A stretch of DNA of 64,000 nt from a virus: IMG/VR virus record IMGVR_UViG_3300033145_001156, positions 41,623-105,622 of that record, one strand, 5' to 3'. The notes beneath the pieces are model-generated. The model did no database searches, was not told the DNA's origin, and saw only the letters and a list, made by a program, of their open reading frames with translations. Position numbers and translations under genes: made by a program. This document shows, piece after piece, positions 57,543-64,000 of this stretch; the stretch's first letter is position 1; each line of letters opens with the position of its first letter.

Positions 57543-60251
57543 ATGTCAAATCCTATGATTCGCGTGAGACTCATAGCGGGCGACGACGAACTGGACATCC
57601 ACGACTGGAAAGACTACGTCCTGATGGGCAACGGTCTGACAGATTCGGGGTCATCCGTCGAGCTCAGATGGCAGGTCCCCCTCGAACCCTGCAAGGGCGG
57701 CACGGGCAACCTCCAGCGGCTCGTGGGGGAGCTCCGCAAGTACATCCAGCGCGCGAAACTCTACGAACAGGAGAACATCGGAGATCCGGTCTACCTGGCG
57801 GTCTACTGGCCCGAGTGCGAGGACATCCCCGTCCCTTCCTTCGGCAGAGGATGGCGCTACAAGAGGATTGTCGACGGAGCGCTCGCAGAGGCCACCCCGG
57901 GGATGGGGCAGGGGCAGCCCGACTTCCGGTTCGGCTCCGACGCGATCCCCGTCCTGGCTGCGATGTTCGCGGTGAAGCAGGACCCGGACGGGGAGTACGC
58001 CTGGAGGTCGGAGTTCAGGTGGGTCGCCCAGGCGACGGGGCACCTTGAACCCGTGGCCGAGAACGGCATCAAGCTATGGGAAGAATCGCAGAACATCATC
58101 ACGAACGGCGACTTCGAGCTGGGCAAGGCGGGCTGGACCGACACGGGGCTCACGTCGACCGTCAGCGCGGAGAGGGCGAAGTTCGGCGTCCGCTCCCTGC
58201 TGATAACCCCGGCAGTCGGCACTTGTCGAACTCCTTTCACGGACCCCGCGCCCCCGTCCCACTTCATAGCCACGGCGTGGTTCTATCTCCCTTGCGGAGT
58301 AGATCATACACAAATAGGACTGACATTGGACGATGACGTTAACCCATTGGTGACCCAGTTATGCGCGGACGTTCATGACGAGTGGCAAAGGGTTCAAGTC
58401 GATTATGACACCAATGCAGGTTCAGCTGCATGGTTCGTGTATATCGCTTGTAATGAAGTAAATGCGAGCCGGTACTTCTGGGTGGACGGGGTGCAGGTCG
58501 AGATGCGCCTGGAGGTCGATGGGCCGACGCCCTTCATAGAACCAGACAGGCATCTAGGCGAAGTTTGGGACACATGCTATTCCCCACATACTAGCATGTC
58601 CACGCGAAATGAAGGAGAATGTCGAGTGGTTCGCCCTATTGAGCGCAATTATGCTACTCCCTGCTGCGGCTCGTTCCATTGCTGGTACAGGCCGGGGTAC
58701 GACAACGCCCTCGTGTCCGGCGTAGGGCAGGCCACGATATTCGACTGGCTGAAAGACAGCAACAACTTCATCTGGGTCTACTTCGACTACAGCACCAACA
58801 CGTTTGAGCTGAAGGTGAACAACTTCGTCCAGGTGACGACCGTCGACGCCTTCATGGAGGGCGACTATATTGGAGTAGGCGCGACATGGGACTTCATAAA
58901 CGACGAGTACAAGCTGTACCTCAGGGGCGTTCCAGGCGTTATGGGGACGACCGTCAAGATATGCCCGGACTTGAGGGGTGAGGACATCTTCTGGGGTTCC
59001 GAGTTCGACCACGACAACCAGGCGAACGGCGACCTGTACGACTGCCGGATGTGGACGGAGATACTCACGGATGTCCAGATGAAGGCGGTGCATGAAGAAG
59101 GAAGGGGTAATGGTGAGTTACCCTATGTCTGGGGAGAAAAAGGGTCTGCCGATCATCCAACTTTCGCCACACCTATGGGTGTCGAACTTGAAAACCATGA
59201 TGATTGTACTGATGGAGATACCAATTGGGTTGAGTTTGGCAATATCGCGGGAGACATCAGCGCAGTTTCTTGGGTCATGGTCAAGGCAGAGTCCTCAATA
59301 GATGGAATTGATCCTACCGAAATGCAATTATGGTATGGATTGAGAAGGCATGCCGCCTCGATACAAAGAATATACAATCGCGGCCAATTCGTTTGGGAAG
59401 GGGAAGACTATCATACCACTATCAACTGGATTACAACTTTAGCTACCGACGCTGCCAATACCAGTAATGGGGAGCACCAGCAAACCTCCACGATGGGTAC
59501 AAGCTGGGCTGCCGCAAGCAGCTTGGCTTGGCATTTAGCTAAATATAACTATGATATTACGTGGCTTCGTGGGCAATGGCGGGTCTGTGCTAGAATTCGC
59601 ACGGACCATAGTGCCGATGTTTACTTCAGAATGTATACGACGGGGGAATGGAATCATTTCCAAACTCCTTACATACCTAGTGCGGGTGGATTACAATGTC
59701 AACAAAATTCAGCCCTTGGATCTGGCGCGCTCTGGGAGTGGCATGACTTCGGCGTTATTGATATACCAGTCACGTATATGGCCGAAAGACAGGCCAATGG
59801 GCGCTCAATGGCACCACTCAACTTTGAGATGGAACAGGTAGAGCTTATCCTGGAAGTCATGGGGGCCAGCGCTTCCGATAAAGCAGAGTGCGATTACATA
59901 ATGTTGATCCCAGAATCTATGGGCGGCATTTGGGGAGATATAAGTAATAGGTATACAACTTGGCCCGGCTACCACGTATCCGATACCGAATCGCAGGCCG
60001 CGACATGCAACGTTCAAATGGAAGATGTTCTTAGCGCCATAATCCCACCATTTGGCGTAGAAATGTCCCCTGCCGAGCCTTATCCTCACAGGGGTGATCC
60101 GTTATGGATACCTCCAAACATCCCAAGCCGTTGCGTGTTCGCTTTCACGGAATATAGCGATGGAGGATTTCAATGCCTATATGAACACGTCATTAACCGG
60201 GCGCTTTACGTCAAAACTATGATGGGCCATCGATACCGAACATCCCGATGA
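57543..60251 (+). CDS. distal-tail-like protein with inserted carbohydrate-binding and LamG domains
   Basis: Directly after TMP; NIITNGDFE..GW, VDGVQVE, LamG-like ATWD..KLY..G, ANG...D.RMW. Confidence 0.7.
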   Translation: MSNPMIRVRLIAGDDELDIHDWKDYVLMGNGLTDSGSSVELRWQVPLEPCKGGTGNLQRLVGELRKYIQRAKLYEQENIGDPVYLAVYWPECEDIPVPSFGRGWRYKRIVDGALAEATPGMGQGQPDFRFGSDAIPVLAAMFAVKQDPDGEYAWRSEFRWVAQATGHLEPVAENGIKLWEESQNIITNGDFELGKAGWTDTGLTSTVSAERAKFGVRSLLITPAVGTCRTPFTDPAPPSHFIATAWFYLPCGVDHTQIGLTLDDDVNPLVTQLCADVHDEWQRVQVDYDTNAGSAAWFVYIACNEVNASRYFWVDGVQVEMRLEVDGPTPFIEPDRHLGEVWDTCYSPHTSMSTRNEGECRVVRPIERNYATPCCGSFHCWYRPGYDNALVSGVGQATIFDWLKDSNNFIWVYFDYSTNTFELKVNNFVQVTTVDAFMEGDYIGVGATWDFINDEYKLYLRGVPGVMGTTVKICPDLRGEDIFWGSEFDHDNQANGDLYDCRMWTEILTDVQMKAVHEEGRGNGELPYVWGEKGSADHPTFATPMGVELENHDDCTDGDTNWVEFGNIAGDISAVSWVMVKAESSIDGIDPTEMQLWYGLRRHAASIQRIYNRGQFVWEGEDYHTTINWITTLATDAANTSNGEHQQTSTMGTSWAAASSLAWHLAKYNYDITWLRGQWRVCARIRTDHSADVYFRMYTTGEWNHFQTPYIPSAGGLQCQQNSALGSGALWEWHDFGVIDIPVTYMAERQANGRSMAPLNFEMEQVELILEVMGASASDKAECDYIMLIPESMGGIWGDISNRYTTWPGYHVSDTESQAATCNVQMEDVLSAIIPPFGVEMSPAEPYPHRGDPLWIPPNIPSRCVFAFTEYSDGGFQCLYEHVINRALYVKTMMGHRYRTSR

Positions 60252-60256
60252 AACTC

Positions 60257-60285
60257 TTGACTTTTATATGCGAATGTGCTATAAT
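60257..60285 (+). promoter_or_regulatory. sigma70-type promoter of a moron
   Basis: TTGACT, 17 nt, extended TGcTATAAT; AAGGAG RBS. Confidence 0.8.
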
Positions 60286-60299
60286 AAAAGAAAAGGAGA

Positions 60300-60818
60300 T
60301 TGCCTAAAATGAAACGATTGATGTCTATGTTGCTGTTAGGTATATTACTTGCTAGGTTATGCATATTGCCCGTTCTAGCTACTTCAGAATGGCAAGTGAT
60401 CTGGAAGTGGGAAGGCATAATCAAAGAAGTTCCTGGTGAACAGCAAGGTTATTTCATCACTGCTTTTGAAGATTGGCCTGAGGGGCCACTGAAACGGGAG
60501 ATCCACGTGGAATACCTAGATGGGGAGAAGGCTGACGGTCGTGGAGGCAAGATAGAGTTCGTCTTGATTGACTTCCCCAAGGGGGGTGGTTGGGCTGGCT
60601 GGACTGACTCGGCCTATTTGTACTGTCCAGCAACTTACCATGCCGAGAGTGAGATTTTCGTGGGAGAGCACATCCCAGATGGGGCAGGAATCGTCTGGGA
60701 TGGTCGGGACAATGAAAACCACAACGTGCGCCCCCTCCACGCGAAAGTGAAATTGAGGCTCTTGAAACCCAAGTTCCACTATTCATATCTACCGTTGGTG
60801 ACGAATGCAACGCCGTGA
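60300..60818 (+). CDS. secreted protein (moron) with signal peptide and C-terminal YLPLV motif
   Basis: MKRLMSMLLLGILLARLCILPVLA signal; ends HYSYLPLVTNATP; own promoter inside the tail operon. Confidence 0.7.
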   Translation: MPKMKRLMSMLLLGILLARLCILPVLATSEWQVIWKWEGIIKEVPGEQQGYFITAFEDWPEGPLKREIHVEYLDGEKADGRGGKIEFVLIDFPKGGGWAGWTDSAYLYCPATYHAESEIFVGEHIPDGAGIVWDGRDNENHNVRPLHAKVKLRLLKPKFHYSYLPLVTNATP

Positions 60819-61986
60819 GATGATGCAGGTTTGGGACAGGAGCGGGAGCATCATCAGTGACCCGACAGGGGCTATCTCGGTTCCACTGGGGCTGCGCTGG
60901 CGCACCGGGCTACCCGGCGGATTCCTAGACTGCGAGTGGCATGTGACCCTGGGGATGCTGAGGACGTGGGCCGTCAGGGAGGCATACACCATCAAGATAT
61001 ACGACGGGCTGAGGAGCTGCTACTGGGGCAGGATAGAGGACCTGAGCCGGTTCATCAACCTGCCGAACAAGCTCAGCAACGCTTTGCGCAAAGTCACGGC
61101 CTTCGGGTTCTGGATCAACGCCGTCCAGAGGATATACACGGCTGACCACGTGAACGACGACGGGGACACCATCATAACCGCCGCGCTGCCGAGCTGCCCG
61201 CTCATATCGGCGGACACGGACGAGATAGGCGACATGGGGCTGGCGCTGGGCCTCGTCTCCTGGAGGGACGTGTACGTGGCGGACGTCGTGAGGGACACCC
61301 TGGCCTACGGGGACAATGCGACGCCGCCGGAGACGTGGGAGTTCGCGGTCTGGGACGGGGAGAGGACTTCAGACGGCCTGGCGAAGCCCTGGCTGTTCCA
61401 GAGGGACGTGAGCAACTACGACCTGCAGATACCCCTGGAGGCGATAGACGGGCAGGTGACGGTGACCTCCACGCTGTCGAGGACGGCGAACTACGTGCTG
61501 TCGAAGTACGACGAGAACTACACGGCGGCGGCGCAGGACGCCGGTTCCCAGGCCGACTACGACAGGAGGGACTACCTGTTCATGGCCCAGGGGTCGCAGG
61601 CCGTCGCAGAGAACCTCCGGGACAGGTACCTGGAGCTGCACAAGGGCCCGCAGACGCAGATGAGCGCGGTGAGGCTGAGGAGGAACCTGCTGACGCAGGC
61701 CGGGGCCCCGTACGAGATGAACAGGGTGAGGGCCGGGATGAGGGTTGTATTCCCAGAGCTGAGGAGGGCATGGGATAAGGTCTACTACATAATAGCGACG
61801 GACTACGACTCGGACTCCCATTCACTCACGCTGACGTTCGACAGTCCTGCCGAAGTGGTCGTTCCACGGGAAATTATAGAACCAGCCCCTCCGCCTGGGC
61901 CGCCGACACCCCCGTTCATCCCAGGGCCGCCAATACCATGGCGACCAACGCCGCGCCGGTGGCCGGAGGGTTTCCCATGGGTATAG
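60805..61986 (+). CDS. tail hub / baseplate protein with proline-rich C-terminus
   Basis: PGGF, YWGRIED, DAGSQADY.RR, RVRAG, TDYD; position. Confidence 0.7.
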   Translation: MQRREMMQVWDRSGSIISDPTGAISVPLGLRWRTGLPGGFLDCEWHVTLGMLRTWAVREAYTIKIYDGLRSCYWGRIEDLSRFINLPNKLSNALRKVTAFGFWINAVQRIYTADHVNDDGDTIITAALPSCPLISADTDEIGDMGLALGLVSWRDVYVADVVRDTLAYGDNATPPETWEFAVWDGERTSDGLAKPWLFQRDVSNYDLQIPLEAIDGQVTVTSTLSRTANYVLSKYDENYTAAAQDAGSQADYDRRDYLFMAQGSQAVAENLRDRYLELHKGPQTQMSAVRLRRNLLTQAGAPYEMNRVRAGMRVVFPELRRAWDKVYYIIATDYDSDSHSLTLTFDSPAEVVVPREIIEPAPPPGPPTPPFIPGPPIPWRPTPRRWPEGFPWV

Positions 61987-61994
61987 GAGGGTAG

Positions 61995-63674
61995 ATGGGA
62001 GCTCCGGAATCACATTACGACTGGCTGAGGCTGCACGACAGGCGGCTGGACAGGGGCCTCGCAGCACTGGGCGGGCCTCCGTACGGCAGCGTCGTCACCA
62101 CGGACAGGCGTTTCCACCTCTCCTTCGACGGCCACAGCTGGCCCGACCTGATGGAGCCCAGCTGGGAGCCGACCGAGACCAACGTGATATTCCTCGGCTG
62201 GGAGCACATGTGCGGGGTGCTGAGGAAGGACTCCGAGGGGCAGTACAGAGCGATATTCGACAAGGCAGTGCAGATTGCAGTGGCGGAGACCAATGCCTGC
62301 ACGAACCCGAGTGCGGAAATCAATGTCGCTGGTTGGATATTCGGCGGTAGTGGATTAACTCGTGTGGCTACCGATTACGTATACGGTGATTACTGTTTCC
62401 AGTTGCTTGCAAATTTTGTTGGCGGATATGCTCGGGATGATCTGGCCGTTGCGGGCGGCAGCACGTGGACTTTCTCACTTTGGGTGAAGACCACATCAAG
62501 TGACATACGTATCTACATGTACGACACCGTGGCTGCCGCTCCTGTTGCCGAGGATTTTGCTCAGGGCACGGGAAGATGGGAGTACATAACAATCACGGGT
62601 ACGATGGGCGCTGGCGCTGGCAATTTACGTTTTTACGTGAGCGACACGAGAGCAGCCGGATGGGACAATGTCTACTTTGATGCGGTCAATATTGTAGAAG
62701 CTGCTTATTCCACTCCCTGCATTGACGGCTCTCTCGGCGCAGGCCATGCCTGGACGGGCGCGGCCCACGCCTCCACCTCTACCCGAGCAGCCGCCGTGCT
62801 CGAATATCCCAATGACGTAGTGGCGTATCCCAGTGGGAATTGCTATGAGCAACTGACCATCGCGGGGTGGTTCATACCAGCGTGGTCAGCGGATGGGCTA
62901 ACCGGCACAACGATAGCTTGGGACATACGTGGTGCGAATAACAACAATAGAATCTTCATCAATTTTGACTCTGCGGGTAATGTTTGGAACTTGTACGTTA
63001 ATGGCGCGGTACGTTGCGCTTCAGCAGCCCAAACTTTCAATAGCTGGGAGCCACAATTCATAGTTGCCACTCTTGACTTTGACGCAGATGAATTTATGTT
63101 GTTTGTCAATGACGACACGATCATCACTGATACGACAGTCCTAACACCGCCTGTTTTTGGTGCTTCATTACTCCATATTGGGAATGCGTTCAACGATACA
63201 TTACAATTCAACGGCCTCATAGACGACTTCGTGATATACCCCCGCGTCCTCTCCGCCGACGAGATACATAGCATCTACAAGTTCGGCAACCCGCTGCTGC
63301 CGCCGACGCACGCGAATATGAGGGTGATATTCGGGCAGTGGACGAGCACGGACTTTGACGGGGATACTTTTGGCGCAACAGGGTGGACGACTTATGATTT
63401 AGTAGATGGGTTTGGGATACCGTTTGGAGCTAAGGCTATTTCAGTAACTATCTCTATGAATGACATAGGAGGCGGTATCAATCACTACTTTTCCTTACGT
63501 AAAGATGCTACAATGGCAGGAGCAGTTACAGCCGAAGCGGGCAATCAGGCTGGGGAGACAGGGTCAGAAAGCGGCCTGGTGCCGGTGGCTAATGGCAGAA
63601 CGGTTCAGTATACTGTTGGGCCGAGTGGGGATGACTGTACTCTTTACTGGAAAATAACTGGCGTGTTCTTGTAG
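61995..63674 (+). CDS. tail protein with carbohydrate-binding and LamG domains (candidate receptor-binding protein)
   Basis: TNACTNPSAE...GW, YFDAV, STSTRAA, FNGLIDDFVIYPRVLSADEI. Confidence 0.75.
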   Translation: MGAPESHYDWLRLHDRRLDRGLAALGGPPYGSVVTTDRRFHLSFDGHSWPDLMEPSWEPTETNVIFLGWEHMCGVLRKDSEGQYRAIFDKAVQIAVAETNACTNPSAEINVAGWIFGGSGLTRVATDYVYGDYCFQLLANFVGGYARDDLAVAGGSTWTFSLWVKTTSSDIRIYMYDTVAAAPVAEDFAQGTGRWEYITITGTMGAGAGNLRFYVSDTRAAGWDNVYFDAVNIVEAAYSTPCIDGSLGAGHAWTGAAHASTSTRAAAVLEYPNDVVAYPSGNCYEQLTIAGWFIPAWSADGLTGTTIAWDIRGANNNNRIFINFDSAGNVWNLYVNGAVRCASAAQTFNSWEPQFIVATLDFDADEFMLFVNDDTIITDTTVLTPPVFGASLLHIGNAFNDTLQFNGLIDDFVIYPRVLSADEIHSIYKFGNPLLPPTHANMRVIFGQWTSTDFDGDTFGATGWTTYDLVDGFGIPFGAKAISVTISMNDIGGGINHYFSLRKDATMAGAVTAEAGNQAGETGSESGLVPVANGRTVQYTVGPSGDDCTLYWKITGVFL

Positions 63675-63697
63675 ACTTTGCGCAAAGTGGAGGAACC

Positions 63698-63964
63698 ATG
63701 ATAACAGTAGAAGTAGCATTTGAGGCGACGATCAAGTTCAGTGGCGAGGAGCTGCCACATGCCGTCGAGATACGGTTCGGCAGGGACGGAGCGGCACAGT
63801 CCGAGGGGCCTACGTTGCACATCAATGCCGAGAGCAAGCTGCCTGAGTGGAACGTGAACCACCTGTTCACCGTCTTCAAGCGGCTGGGACAGGGGCCGAT
63901 AGAGGACGTGTACGCAGCATTGGAGGCGCTGGAAGTAGCGTGCCAGGACATCATGCCAGAATGA
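63698..63964 (+). CDS. hypothetical protein
   Basis: GGAGG RBS directly after palindrome copy. Confidence 0.55.
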   Translation: MITVEVAFEATIKFSGEELPHAVEIRFGRDGAAQSEGPTLHINAESKLPEWNVNHLFTVFKRLGQGPIEDVYAALEALEVACQDIMPE

Positions 63965-64000
63965 GGAGGATGCATGCCACCATCGAAATATGCGAAAGAC

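Larger units (their letters stand above)
1082..63687. repeat. dispersed 12-bp palindrome CTTTGCGCAAAG
   Basis: Perfect copies start at 1082, 2541, 9346, 18168, 18593, 28340, 32840, 47704, 61082, 63676; one-mismatch copies at 8834, 17575, 32741; two-mismatch copy at 14666. Confidence 0.92.

Noticed and set aside
1082-63687. Palindrome copies as a CRISPR array or insertion-sequence ends
   Set aside because: Only 12-16 bp, irregularly spaced kilobases apart, no spacers, no cas or transposase genes
1-64000. tRNA, rRNA, integrase, reverse transcriptase/DGR
   Set aside because: No cloverleaf or T-loop signatures, recombinase or RT motifs, or adenine-variable repeat pairs noticed by eye; tRNAscan-SE and a repeat search would be needed to exclude them fully

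Overview
This window is a 64 kb segment of a tailed dsDNA phage (siphovirus-like Caudoviricetes). Essentially all credible genes are on the + strand and are often translationally coupled. Gene order: DnaB-like helicase (partial), many small early/accessory ORFs (HNH, LAGLIDADG, ASCH-like, lytic transglycosylase), ParB-like protein, C5 DNA methyltransferase, terminase small/large, about 5 kb of small ORFs, a glycosyltransferase cluster with a 1180-aa protein carrying a ~600-residue Ser/Thr tract, portal, more small ORFs, MuF-like protein, T4 gp21-like prohead protease/scaffold, decoration protein, Mu gpT-like major capsid, neck genes interrupted by an HNH and a second glyco-enzyme cluster, then tail terminator, a third glyco locus, major tail, chaperones, tape measure and lectin-domain tail proteins. 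A secreted moron ending in YLPLV hints at a Chloroflexota host. The main candidates for something new are: (1) a probable virion-glycosylation system (about 7 glycosyltransferases, about 5 methyltransferase domains, an epimerase and a sulfotransferase-like domain embedded in the morphogenesis genes, plus a mucin-like substrate); (2) a 12-bp palindrome CTTTGCGCAAAG dispersed in at least 10 perfect copies; (3) a shared N-terminal leader Y-x-x-G-V-x-(Y/F)-x-E on unrelated small proteins, resembling T4 capsid-targeting sequences; (4) a LAGLIDADG element that split its target gene and supplied a recoded replacement 5' end. All protein calls come from motif recognition by eye, with no database searches.
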